Below are positions 50,670-60,488 of a DNA stretch of 64,000 bases, in pieces. Made by a program: the position numbers and the translations under genes. Below the pieces are notes generated by a model, which was given only the letters and a program-made list of their open reading frames with translations, searched no databases and had not been told where the DNA came from. The DNA comes from Gemmatimonadales bacterium. GTDB lineage: Bacteria; Gemmatimonadota; Gemmatimonadetes; Gemmatimonadales; GWC2-71-9. The stretch lies in contig OZ252244.1 in assembly GCA_965249575.1 (NCBI GenBank), positions 3,552,001-3,616,000 of the forward strand, written 5' to 3'. Each line of letters begins with the position of its first letter. Positions within the stretch are counted from its first letter, which is position 1.

Positions 50670-52229
50670 ATGCCGCCTGAGCATCGCGGCGTGCTGATCC
50701 TCGATTACGGCTCACAGTACACGCAGCTTATTGCCCGCCGGGTGCGCGAAGCCCACGTCTACTGTGAGATCTTGCCACCAGGGCTCCCCCTCGAGCAAAT
50801 CGAGAGCCGACGCCCGTGCGGGTTGATCCTCTCCGGGGGACCCAGTTCGGTCTACGATCCCGGGGCCCCCGAGCTGGATGCGGGCCTGCTCGACCTGGGC
50901 ATTCCGGTGCTAGGTGTCTGCTACGGCATGCAACTCATGGCCCGGGCGGCGGGTGGGCGAGTAGAGCGGGCGGGGGAACGGGAGTACGGGCATGCGGCCC
51001 TCGAAGTCGCTGAGTCCTCCGGCCTCTTCTCCGGATTCGAGCCGGGCGAGCACCTCAACGTGTGGATGAGCCACGCGGATCGTGTCGACGAGCCCCCTCC
51101 CGGCTATACGGCAATAGGGGCCAGCGAAAACACCCCGGTGGCGGCCATGGCTCACCGCGACAAGCCGCTCATTGGAGTCCAGTTCCACCCCGAGGTGGCA
51201 CATACTCCTCGAGGCGGCGAGCTACTCAGGAATTTCCTGTTTAGGGTTTGCCAGTGCACGCCCGATTGGACTGCTGGCCAGTTCATCGCCGAGCAGGTGG
51301 AGCGGATCGGAGAGCAAGTAGGCGCCGACTGTCGGGTTGTCTGCGGCCTATCGGGTGGAGTCGATTCGGCTGTGGCCGCGATGCTCGTCCACCGTGCGGT
51401 AGGGGAGCGGCTCACCTGTATCTTCGTGGACCACGGCCTGTTGCGGTTGGACGAGCGGGTCCAGGTCGAGGAAACGTTCCGGGCGCACCTTGGCATCGAC
51501 CTGGTGGTTGTCGAGGCGGGCGACCGGTTCCTGGCTCAGCTAATCGACATTGACGATCCGGAGGAGAAGCGCCGTCGGATCGGCCATGCGTTTATCGACG
51601 TGTTCGAGGATGCCGCGAAGCACGTGGGTGGAAACGTGAAGTTCCTGGTCCAGGGCACTCTGTATCCCGATGTGATCGAGTCGCGGTCCCCTCGGGGTGG
51701 TCCGTCAGCCACAATCAAGACCCACCATAATGTTGGCGGCCTCCGACCCAACCTCCCGTTCGATCTGATCGAGCCATTGAAGGAGTTGTTCAAGGACGAG
51801 GTGCGGCAGGTCGGACGCGCGCTCGGACTGCCGGATGTAATGGTGGGCAGGCATCCCTTTCCCGGGCCCGGGTTGGCCATCCGGATCCTGGGCCCGGTCT
51901 CGCCTGACCGGCTGGAAATGCTACGCCGCGCGGACGCGATCTACATCGAGGAAATCCGGCGGGCAGGTCTTTACGACACGATCTGGCAAGCGTTCGCCGT
52001 GTTGCTTCCGGTACGGTCGGTCGGCGTCATGGGTGATTCCCGGACCTACGACCATGTGGTCGCGCTGCGGGCGGTTACGAGCACCGACGGGATGACGGCG
52101 GACTGGTTTCCGTTCCCGCCCGAGATCATTGGCAGGGCGGCGAACCGGATCATCAACGAGGTGAGCGGCGTGAACCGCGTTGTGTACGATGTGAGTTCAA
52201 AGCCGCCGGCAACCATCGAGTGGGAGTAG
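50670..52229 (+). CDS. guaA: GMP synthase (glutamine-hydrolyzing)
   Basis: [41 protein letters not shown]. Confidence 0.97.
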   Translation: MPPEHRGVLILDYGSQYTQLIARRVREAHVYCEILPPGLPLEQIESRRPCGLILSGGPSSVYDPGAPELDAGLLDLGIPVLGVCYGMQLMARAAGGRVERAGEREYGHAALEVAESSGLFSGFEPGEHLNVWMSHADRVDEPPPGYTAIGASENTPVAAMAHRDKPLIGVQFHPEVAHTPRGGELLRNFLFRVCQCTPDWTAGQFIAEQVERIGEQVGADCRVVCGLSGGVDSAVAAMLVHRAVGERLTCIFVDHGLLRLDERVQVEETFRAHLGIDLVVVEAGDRFLAQLIDIDDPEEKRRRIGHAFIDVFEDAAKHVGGNVKFLVQGTLYPDVIESRSPRGGPSATIKTHHNVGGLRPNLPFDLIEPLKELFKDEVRQVGRALGLPDVMVGRHPFPGPGLAIRILGPVSPDRLEMLRRADAIYIEEIRRAGLYDTIWQAFAVLLPVRSVGVMGDSRTYDHVVALRAVTSTDGMTADWFPFPPEIIGRAANRIINEVSGVNRVVYDVSSKPPATIEWE

Positions 52230-52263
52230 GCGTATCCCAGCGCCCACAAGCCATCGAGCGCCC

Positions 52264-52716
52264 CTAGAAGTTCTTCTCCTCCAGCATGTTGAGCAGCTCT
52301 TCCGGTTCCGTGAGGTCGCGAAGTCGTTCTGGCACGTCGGATTCTTTGGCAAACTGAGCGATCTTGCCAAGGACCGGCAGGTATTGGTTCGAGACCTCCA
52401 GGGGCGGGGCGACGATGAGGAAGAAGTTGTATACGGGTTTGCTGTCGATCGCTTTGAAGTCGATGCCCTCCAGTTTTCGGGCAAATGCAACCCGCAGCCG
52501 GTTGGCCACGAGCGAGCGGCAGTGTGGGATGGCGATACCTCGTCCGATGCCCGTCGATCCCAGGTTCTCCCGCCGCTTGAGCATTTTGAACAGAATCCCC
52601 TCGGACTTCTCATCCAGATGGAGCAACGCGATCAACTCCTTGAGCACGTCGTCCTTCTCGCTACTCTCGAGTTGGAGCTTGATGGCTTCTGCCGAGAAGA
52701 AGTCCCTGAGATGCAT
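52264..52716 (-). CDS. ptsN: PTS IIA-like nitrogen regulatory protein
   Basis: RENLGSTGIGRGIAIPH motif; true start ATG 52716 inside the longer track ORF. Confidence 0.85.
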   Translation of the reverse strand: MHLRDFFSAEAIKLQLESSEKDDVLKELIALLHLDEKSEGILFKMLKRRENLGSTGIGRGIAIPHCRSLVANRLRVAFARKLEGIDFKAIDSKPVYNFFLIVAPPLEVSNQYLPVLGKIAQFAKESDVPERLRDLTEPEELLNMLEEKNF

Positions 52717-52821
52717 TGACCGTCCGAGGTAGTATGGTGAATGAGCCGAAACGTAATTGCGGCGTGACGAGAGTGTCAAACGGTTGTTGCCCGGTTTCGG
52801 GAGGATAATTATGTTGGCGTG

Positions 52822-53805
52822 ATGGACTTCCCTTTTCCGATGTCCCACAGGGTACCTCTCGCGCTCGCTCCAATGGCGGGTATCTCGGAGGCGCCCTTCA
52901 GACGACTGTGCCGGTCGTTCGGTGCGGATCTGGTGATATCGGAGTTTCTGTCCTCCGAGGGGCTTCGCCGCGGCATCAAGAGCGTGCACGACGGTGCCTT
53001 TTTCACTGAGGCGGAGCGTCCCATCGGCATCCAGATCTATGGCGCCGATCCGGCGGCAATGGCCGAGGCAGCCGCGCTCGTGACTGACCATTACCGACCC
53101 GATTTCATCGACATCAACTTTGGATGTCCGGTCAAGAAGGTCGTCAAGCGCAACGGGGGCTCGGGGTGTCTCCGCGATGTCGGGCTGATGCAAGGAATCA
53201 TTCGGGCTGTTCGGAGCTCGACGGATCTCTCCGTAACGGTGAAGATTCGCAGCGGGTGGAACGAAGCTGGGCGCGACCCGGTGACCATTGCGTTGCGGTG
53301 CCAGGAAGCGGGCGCAGCCGTGCTGACCTTGCACCCCCGCACGCGGACTCAGATGTTCTCGGGCCGTGCCCGCTGGGACGAGATCGCCGCGATAGTGGAT
53401 GCCCTGGACATTCCCGTCATCGGAAACGGTGACATCCAAGCGGCCGAGGATGCGCTACGCATGCGTCAAGAAACGGGGTGCGCGGGTATCATGATTGCCC
53501 GCGGCTCGTTTGGGAATCCGTGGCTATTCCAGCAGACTCGCGACGCGCTGGACGGCCGCGAGCCACGGTCAGCCCCTGGGCCGGCGGAGCGCTTCCAGGT
53601 TGCCCTACGCCACGCCCGGTACGCGGTCGAGATTCAGGGAGACGATCGTCAGACGGCGGTGGAGTTCCGGAAGCATTTGGGATGGTATGTGAGGGGTCTC
53701 CCAGGAGCAAGCGAGCTGCGACGTCGCTTGCATAACGTCGAATCCGTGGCCGAGATTCAGCGGATCTTTTCGGGGTACCTGCAACCGGCCCGCGCAGTCG
53801 TGTGA
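52822..53805 (+). CDS. dusB: tRNA dihydrouridine synthase B
   Basis: LAPMAG, DINFGCPVKKV, VTVKIRSGW, NGDI, RKHLGWY. Confidence 0.93.
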   Translation: MDFPFPMSHRVPLALAPMAGISEAPFRRLCRSFGADLVISEFLSSEGLRRGIKSVHDGAFFTEAERPIGIQIYGADPAAMAEAAALVTDHYRPDFIDINFGCPVKKVVKRNGGSGCLRDVGLMQGIIRAVRSSTDLSVTVKIRSGWNEAGRDPVTIALRCQEAGAAVLTLHPRTRTQMFSGRARWDEIAAIVDALDIPVIGNGDIQAAEDALRMRQETGCAGIMIARGSFGNPWLFQQTRDALDGREPRSAPGPAERFQVALRHARYAVEIQGDDRQTAVEFRKHLGWYVRGLPGASELRRRLHNVESVAEIQRIFSGYLQPARAVV

Positions 53806-54557
53806 ACGACGGCGGGCTCGGCCACATTCTGCAGCTGGTCGCCGCCGGAGGTCTCTCGCCGGATGACGCGCTCACGCGCCTGCGTCGGTTTCCCATCGAT
53901 CAGTTGAACTACGCGCAAGTCGACCACCTCCGCCCGATCATGCAGGGACATCCGGAAGTCGTCTTCTGTCCCGGCAAGACACCTGAGCAAGTAGTGGGAA
54001 TCTGTCGATCCCTCAGTGAGACCTACGGGTCGTTCCTGGCTACGCGCTCCGATCCGGATGTGGCGGCGGCGCTGTCGGTCGCGTTTCCGGCTGCCCAGGT
54101 CAATCCACTGGGGAAGACGGTCTACCTCCCGGGGGAGCCACCAGCTGAGATCACGGGCCGAGGGACGGTTCTGGTCGTGACGGCCGGAACGAGCGATCTG
54201 CCCACGGCGGAAGAAGCGGCAGTCGCCCTGCGCGCTATGGGAAACCGGGTCGCTCGGCTAACTGATGTTGGCGTTGCCGGGATACACCGTTTGCTCGTGC
54301 AACAGGACGCTCTCGAGGAGGCGGCCGTCGTCATCGTCGCCGCCGGGATGGACGGTGCGCTACCCAGCGTCGTCGGGGGCATGGTCGGTGTACCCGTTAT
54401 CGCCGTCCCGACCTCGGTCGGCTACGGAGCGTCCTACGGTGGTCTCGCCGCGTTGCTCGCCATGCTCAACTCGTGCGCGTCGGGGGTCGTGGTTGTGAAC
54501 ATCGACAACGGTTTCGGGGCCGCCGCGGCAGCGTCCCGCATCAATCACGCGCCATGA
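53802..54557 (+). CDS. larB: Nickel pincer cofactor biosynthesis protein LarB (PurE-like)
   Basis: PEVVFCPGK, AGTSDLP, DVGVAGIHRL, AVPTSVGYG, VVNIDNGFGA. Confidence 0.88.
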   Translation: MNDGGLGHILQLVAAGGLSPDDALTRLRRFPIDQLNYAQVDHLRPIMQGHPEVVFCPGKTPEQVVGICRSLSETYGSFLATRSDPDVAAALSVAFPAAQVNPLGKTVYLPGEPPAEITGRGTVLVVTAGTSDLPTAEEAAVALRAMGNRVARLTDVGVAGIHRLLVQQDALEEAAVVIVAAGMDGALPSVVGGMVGVPVIAVPTSVGYGASYGGLAALLAMLNSCASGVVVVNIDNGFGAAAAASRINHAP

Positions 54558-55975
54558 TCGATCTTCCAGCTGTCGTCGCCTTCGTGATCGGGACCCTATT
54601 GGGGGCCGTGCTGGTCGCGTGGAGGCAACGTCGGGCCGAACAACGCGGGCCGGACGTCGTTCCCGCCGATGCGCAGCACGCAATGGAATTGTTGAGACGT
54701 GCGCATACCGCGTGGGCCACCTGTCTCGTAACTGCCCAAGGCGATCCGATCATCGCATCGGCCGAGGCCCGCCCCCACGCCGCCGTGATGGATCGCATTA
54801 TAGCGGCAGCGTGGTTGGCCAGGGGCGACGGCCGGGATCACGTGCTCAAGGAAGGGGTGGGAATCGTCGCATCGGGGAACGGCACCTTTGGGGCCGCGGT
54901 TCTGTGGTCGTGGGAAGAGGTCAAACCGGTCCAGGCGGACGCGGCGATCGCGGACCTGAAGCGGCTGGTAGCGGAGTTCAAGGTCGCGCGCATGCGGGAA
55001 CAGGCGGCACTCGCAGATCGGGGTGGGCAGGGTGGCTGGAAGGCACACGGTCCGGAGTCGGTAGAAGGCGTGACGTTCGCCCTGTGCGAGGCCGCGCGTG
55101 CCGTGAGTGATCGGCCAACGGCAGCGGTGTTCAGAGATCCGTCGTCCCAGCGGGCTACGGTCGTGGCGGTGTCTCAGGGCACTGACCGGCGGTTGATCGG
55201 GCTTGGGGCATCTGCTGAGTCCGTGGTTGGACGGGCGTGTCTCGCGGACGTTCCAATCGTCGCCAGAACACACGAGGAGTTCTTCGGCCGCTCGAGTCGG
55301 GACAGGCGCAAGAGCGAAGGGCAGGGAATAGCCTTCCCGCTCCACGATGGGAGAGAGGGCCACGGCGCTCTCGTGGTGTTCGGTCCTCCAGAGGCCCACC
55401 ATGAGACGACCATGGAGCGGCTCCACTGGCTGGTTGGCGATACTGCCCCCCGACTCGGGTCGGCAGCAGCGCTGCGGGCGGCGGAGGTTCGCTCCATGAC
55501 GGACGAGCTAACCGGGCTGCCCAATCGCCGAGCGTTAGAGCGAGCGATGACCGGAATGCGCGTCGGCCCAGCATCCCTCCTCATGGTCGATATCGATCGG
55601 TTCAAGCAGCTAAACGATGGCTTTGGGCATGCGGCTGGTGATGCGGCGCTGAAACACCTCGCCTGGATATTTCGTGGTGCCCTGCGAGACGGAAATGTTG
55701 CCGCCCGGATTGGCGGGGAGGAGTTTGCGCTCTGGCTGGCCGATACTCCCCTCGGCACGGCCGTGGAAATCGCCGAGAGGATTCGGGAGGCTACCGCCAA
55801 CGCGAAGCTGTCTTGGGCCGGGGCGGAGTTTTCCATGACCTGCTCCATCGGTGTCGCCAACGTCCCCGACACCGTTCGGGAAGTGGCCAACCTTCGGAGC
55901 GCGGCCGATGCCGCGCTGTACCGAGCGAAGGGCGCGGGTCGAAACCGGGTCGAGGTCGCGAGCAGTGGCGGTTGA
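54554..55975 (+). CDS. Membrane-anchored GAF/GGDEF diguanylate cyclase
   Basis: N-terminal TM, GAF-like middle region, DELTGLPNRR, DIDRFKQLND, RIGGEEF, LYRAKGAGRNRV. Confidence 0.9.
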   Translation: MIDLPAVVAFVIGTLLGAVLVAWRQRRAEQRGPDVVPADAQHAMELLRRAHTAWATCLVTAQGDPIIASAEARPHAAVMDRIIAAAWLARGDGRDHVLKEGVGIVASGNGTFGAAVLWSWEEVKPVQADAAIADLKRLVAEFKVARMREQAALADRGGQGGWKAHGPESVEGVTFALCEAARAVSDRPTAAVFRDPSSQRATVVAVSQGTDRRLIGLGASAESVVGRACLADVPIVARTHEEFFGRSSRDRRKSEGQGIAFPLHDGREGHGALVVFGPPEAHHETTMERLHWLVGDTAPRLGSAAALRAAEVRSMTDELTGLPNRRALERAMTGMRVGPASLLMVDIDRFKQLNDGFGHAAGDAALKHLAWIFRGALRDGNVAARIGGEEFALWLADTPLGTAVEIAERIREATANAKLSWAGAEFSMTCSIGVANVPDTVREVANLRSAADAALYRAKGAGRNRVEVASSGG

Positions 55976-56001
55976 CCGCGAACGCGAACGGTCGTTAGGT
56001 T
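55972..56001 (+). promoter_or_regulatory. Candidate promoter for ssrA
   Basis: TTGACC-18 nt-TAGGTT ending about 20 nt before the tmRNA 5' end. Confidence 0.45.
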
Positions 56002-56020
56002 CAAAACATCACAAATCGTT

Positions 56021-56374
56021 GGGGGTGACTGGCTTCGACGGGTCTAGTGATGACATTGCTGCGTGTCCAGGTCCCCGGTGCCCTGGTAAAACCCACTGGG
56101 AACTTCATAACTGCCAATAACCAACTGGCACTGGCTGCTTAAGCTTCGGCTTAATGCACCTGCCTCCGTGGCAGCCCGCCTGAGGCGGCGCGGAGGTAAC
56201 GAAAAATCGGGCTGGCGTGTGGCGTCGCTTCCGCGTCCCACGTGAGATTTTAGGGAGATTGTCCGCAGGTTGGGTGGTTGCGCCCCTGCCGGCGGAGACT
56301 TTAAGCGCGACCTACGCACGTAGACGCAGTGCCGGATCGAGGCTCGGACCGGGGTTCGATTCCCCGCACCTCCA
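56021..56374 (+). ncRNA. ssrA: tmRNA; tag peptide ANNQLALAA (56113-56142)
   Basis: 5' GGGGGTGA...TTCGAC; 3' T-arm CGGGGTTCGATTCCCCG then CACCTCCA pairing with the 5' end, including the G-U alanine identity pair; resume codon GCC after ATAACT. CCA is not encoded. Confidence 0.95.
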
Positions 56375-56417
56375 CTGTCGTAAGTCAAACCAGTACAGTG
56401 TGATAAAGCAATCCACC

Positions 56418-56473
56418 TCATGTGGAAACCTATGTGCCTGTCGTGATAAGAGAGCACATGGTTTTCCACATGA
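56418..56473. repeat. 20-bp imperfect inverted repeat just downstream of ssrA
   Basis: TCATGTGGAAACCTATGTGC ... GCACATGGTTTTCCACATGA. Confidence 0.75.
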
Positions 56474-56916
56474 CCCCCCAGCCATGCGAAGCGTCGAGGC
56501 GTTCTGCGTCAATCATCCTCGATTGGTGGGAGCCCACATTGCATTTTGACCAACGTGAGCATTCCGCTAGGGCGCGGGAGGGCTACTGCATCTTCACCGA
56601 CAGCGTGATGGAGATGCTGCAAGATGCGCGTCTGGACTGGAAGACCAAGGAACTGCTGATCCTGAAAGCCACCCACCGCAACGAATGTCAGTACTGTGTG
56701 GTCCAACACGAGACTGTTTCCCAGCGACTCGGCATCACCTGGGAGAAGATCGCGGATATCGAGGACGATCGCTACAAGACGAGCCCTCACTATACGGAGG
56801 GTGAGAAGGCCCTGGTCGAGCTGACCCACCAGATTGGTGTGGACGCTAATCGAATCTCGAACGACCTGTGGTCCCGAGTCAAAGAACACCGGGAACGAAC
56901 CGGAGCACGTCCTTGA
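56422..56916 (+). pseudogene. AhpD/carboxymuconolactone decarboxylase family fragment (homologous part approximately 56560-56889)
   Basis: LDWKTKELLILKATHRNECQYCVVQH (CxxC-H); breaks after LWSRVKEH, where an opposite-strand TonB fragment begins; N-terminus looks non-native. Confidence 0.7.
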
Positions 56917-57390
56917 AGTTCGCCTGCCGGGTCCGGCGAAGCTCTTCGGGCTCGATGAGTTTGACCGAGCCCGGTATCAAGCGGATCTGTTCCCGAACCT
57001 CGGCAAGATCCTCGGCGCTTCCGATGACCGTCAGCTCGCCCAATCGAACGGCCCGGGGGGTGAGAACGAGTTCCAGAGACGTTCCTGCTTCTCGGGTGAG
57101 GGTTAGTTCAGTGACCGATGGCGCATACCCAACCCGGCGGGCGAGGATGCGGTAGGTCGCCGTGGGAACTCCCCGCAGCTCGAACCGACCACCCTGATCG
57201 GACTCAGCCCGCCGCTCAGTTCCTTCGAGAATCACAAGAACGCCTTGGACCGGCTGGCCGGTCGGTGTCACAACCCGTCCGTCGATGGTCCCGGATTCCT
57301 GGGAAAGGCAAGGGGGTGCCGTGGAGACGAGCAACAGCGCGACGAGACCGAAAGATGTCAGTACAGATGGGATGATGCGTCGCCGGCGAT
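56879..57390 (-). pseudogene. N-terminal fragment of a TonB-dependent receptor
   Basis: Signal peptide [29 protein letters not shown] with no start codon; carboxypeptidase-regulatory-like domain; ends at the plug start DVLRFVPGVL*. Confidence 0.78.
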
Positions 57391-57579
57391 GGGTCCGCCT
57401 GCCGCGCGGATCCCCAGTGACATCTGCTCGTTGTATTCACTCGCCTTGTCGAGCGTGGCGTTGAAGAACTTGCCCTCTCTGTAAGCGCGGTACTCGACGT
57501 CCCCCGATGCAGGATACCGATTGACGTGTACCGAGAAGACGTTCATGAACACCGAAATCCGAATCGCCGGACCACCAAC
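57388..57579 (-). pseudogene. psd: Internal fragment of phosphatidylserine decarboxylase
   Basis: [56 protein letters not shown] matches the Psd core; both ends missing. Confidence 0.8.
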
Positions 57580-57791
57580 GCCCGCATCCGCACCAGCCTG
57601 GAGGCCGAGCCGGGTTTTTTGTTCCCCGGAGTTCGCTTGTAACCGACGCGTTCTTCCTCGCCTACGGCGGGCTCCACTGGAGCTATTCCGAAACCCGCGC
57701 GCTGCCGCTTCGCGTCCGCCACGAGTTCGTGGAGCCGTTGGAGCGGCAGCTTGATTTTGAGCGCGAGCAGCTGGAACGGACACGAACGTGA
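57580..57791 (+). pseudogene. 3' part of a phage tail assembly chaperone with -1 frameshift extension (G/GT or E/E' type)
   Basis: Frame 0 reads [20 protein letters not shown] (stop 57640-57642). The -1 frame reads [58 protein letters not shown], whose stop overlaps the tape measure GTG. Confidence 0.75.
57612..57621 (+). other. Programmed -1 ribosomal frameshift slippery site
   Basis: G-GGT-TTT-TTG contains two overlapping X-XXY-YYZ heptamers (GGGTTTT, TTTTTTG) in the correct phase. Confidence 0.72.
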
Positions 57792-60145
57792 ACGAAGATC
57801 TCGGACTCGGCGTCGTCGTCTCAATGAAGGACGCGTTCTCGCAGAACGCGGGCCGCGTCGAGGGCTCTATGCGCTCGCTCGACTCGACGGTGGCCGCCTC
57901 CTCCGAGCGCATGACGCGCAACATGGACCGCATCCAGCAGGGCGCCATGATGATGGGCGCGGGCCTGGCGCTGATGGCCCTGCCCGTGGGCCTGGTCGCC
58001 TCCACCGCCGCGACCCAGAAGGCGCTCGGCGAGCTGTCCTCGCTCGGGGTCAAGGACCTGCGGGCCATCGAGGATGCGGCCGAAGCCTTCACCAACACCT
58101 GGGCGGGATCGGGCAAAGCGGAGTTCATCACCGCGTCTTACGACGTGCGCTCGGCGCTCTCGGGCCTGACCGACGAGGCGGTGGGGTCGTTCACCGCCAT
58201 GGCCGCGCTTACCGGCAAAGCCACCAAGGCCACCACCGAAGAGATGGTCGGCACGTTCACCACGGCCTACGGCATCTTCAAGCCGATCATGGCGGAGCTC
58301 TCCGACGCCGAGTGGGCGCGCACCTTCGCCGGCGCCATGGCCCAGACCGTGGCGTCGTTCAAAACCAACGGCCGCCAGATGGCCGACGCGATCAAGAACA
58401 TCGGCGCGGTGGCCGCCTCGTCCAACGTGCCCCTCGAGGAGCAGCTCGCCATCCTCGGCCAGCTGCAGACCACCATGCCCGGCTCCGAGGCCGGCACGCT
58501 CTACAAGGCCTTCATCATGAAGGCGGCCGAGGCCGGCGAGAAGCTGGGCCTCGAGCTGGTAGATACGAGCGGCCGGCTCAAGGGCATCATCCCCATCCTC
58601 CAGGAAATCCAGGGCCGGTTCCCGGACCTCTCCCAGGCCGCAGCGCAAGTCGAGATCAAGAAGGCCTTCGGCTCGGACGAGGCGGTCAAGTTCCTGCTGC
58701 AGATGTCGCAGGGCGTGGGTGCGCTCGAGACCAACATCCGCTCGGTCGAGCGTGCCATGCGCACCGGGACCGCTGTGACCGAGGAGATGACGCGGTCCAT
58801 GAACCTCGACATCGGGGCGCGGCTCAAGCTCGTCGGTCAGCAGATGGGCAACCTTGCCGAGATTCTGGGGCGCACCCTGTTGCCGGTGGTGACGCCGCTC
58901 CTCGACGCCTTCGGTCGGGTGATTGTGTTCTTCCAGGACCTCGCTCGCTCCGCTCCGGGGCTCGTCCGCGTGCTGCTGACGCTGTCGATTACGCTCGGCG
59001 CTGTGCTCACCGTCGTGGGCAGCGTGATCGCGGCCGCCGGGACCATTGGACTGCTGCTGCCGGCGATCAAGGCCGGGCTCGCCGCCATGGGCGCGGCTCT
59101 GGCCGGGCTCGGCACGGCCTTCGCCACCTACTTCTTGCCGGTCGTCGCCATCATCGGCGGGGTGGTGCTGGCCGTTTACCTGCTGAAAAAAGCCTGGGAC
59201 ACCAACTTCGGCGGTATCCGCGACGCGATTCTCAGCGTATGGGATCGCATCAAGCTTGTCTTCTCAGGCATCCGCGCGTTGATCGCGTCGCTTACCGGCG
59301 GTATGGGCGAGATGTTCGCCGATCTCGCCGGCAAGCTCGAGCAGGTTGGCCTGCTGGGGCTGGTGGTGACGGTGTTCCGCGTCTACTACCGTGTGCGGCA
59401 GTTCCTAGCCGGGCTGCGCGACGCATTCGCCAGTGCGTTCGAACAAATCCGAACGATCATCGAGCCGCCCGTGCGCGCGCTCGTCGCGGCCTTCGGCCGG
59501 CTCTTCCAGGCTCTCGGCTCCCTCGTGGGCATCTTCTCCCTTGCCTCGGACTCCGCCGACGCGTCGGCGTATCAAACTCTGGGCGCCACCCTCGGCACCG
59601 TCCTCGGCGTCATCGCCAAGATCGCAGCCTTCCTCCTCAAGTTCGTGGTCTACGGACTGGTGGGAGCGATCGAAGTGATCGCCTGGGTGGTGGGCGCATT
59701 CGCCCGGAGCCGCATCACCACGACGGCCGCCGGCGTCTGGAGCGGCCTTCAATCCATGGCCCAAAGCGCGGGGCAATGGATGCAGGCGCCCTTCGCGGGC
59801 CTGGCCACGGCCGCATCGTCGGCCTGGAACCGGGTGAAAGCCGCAGCCTCCGGCGCCTGGGAGGCGGTCGGGTCCAAGGTCGCCGGCCTCGCCCGCACGG
59901 CAGCAGCGAGTGGACAGGCCATACGCACCACCGCCGCCGGCGGATCGTCGCTTTTCGAAAAGCTGGCGAGCGGGATCGCCCAGGCGTTCCAGACTCTACC
60001 GGCGCGTGCTGGTCGCGGCGTCGGTGCACGGCGTGCGCGAGTTCGCCTGGGTCTACACGGTCGAGGCGACCGGCATCAAACGGCGCCGGATCGTGTCCGG
60101 CCGCTGACCGGAATAACACCTCCCGATACACCAAGGCCGACGTAG
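57788..60145 (+). pseudogene. Phage tail tape measure protein (TP901-like), C-terminally truncated at about 59995 with a chimeric tail
   Basis: [18 protein letters not shown] start, Ala/Gly-rich helical body, GSEAGTLYKAF core, hydrophobic middle, aromatic-periodic repeats; the last ~50 aa read through unrelated DNA. Confidence 0.82.
59994..60116 (+). pseudogene. C-terminal fragment of a gamma-glutamylcyclotransferase (AIG2-like) gene
   Basis: LYRRVLVAASVHGVREFAWVYTVEATGIKRRRIVSGR*PE*; YxR...AWVY...I-SG-W pattern with TGA at the Trp position. Confidence 0.6.
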
Positions 60146-60251
60146 GTCGACGCCCCCGGTGAGAATTCTTGACGGGAGTCCCTGCCAATGTTTACCTTTT
60201 TTTGGATATATCTGGTAAGATCAACCCAGAAATGTCCGCACGGGAGTAGCT

Positions 60252-60488
60252 ATGGCGAACCAGGACGACATCCTCACCCTCCCCGAGGTCGCTGGCCTGC
60301 TCAAGGTAGCGGAGAAAACGGTGTACGGCCTCGCTCAGAAGGGCGACTTGCCTGCATTCAAGGTCGGGGGCCAATGGCGGTTTCGTCGAACGGCTATCGA
60401 TTCCTGGATCGAGGAGAAAACCGGGGCTGCCGGGGCGCAGACCTCCAGCAAGCGCGCGAAACTCTCCAACGCCGACGAGGAAGGCTGA
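60252..60488 (+). CDS. Excisionase-like (HTH_17) DNA-binding protein
   Basis: ILTLPEVAGLLKVAEKTVYGLAQKGDLPAFKVGGQWRF; GGAG RBS. Confidence 0.88.
   Translation: MANQDDILTLPEVAGLLKVAEKTVYGLAQKGDLPAFKVGGQWRFRRTAIDSWIEEKTGAAGAQTSSKRAKLSNADEEG

Noticed and set aside
52717..53439. Long N-terminal extension on ptsN in the ORF track
   Set aside because: Overlaps dusB antisense; homology starts at ATG 52716.
57751..60162. 803-aa Arg-rich ORF overlapping the tape measure
   Set aside because: Alternative-frame artefact of strong GC3 bias.
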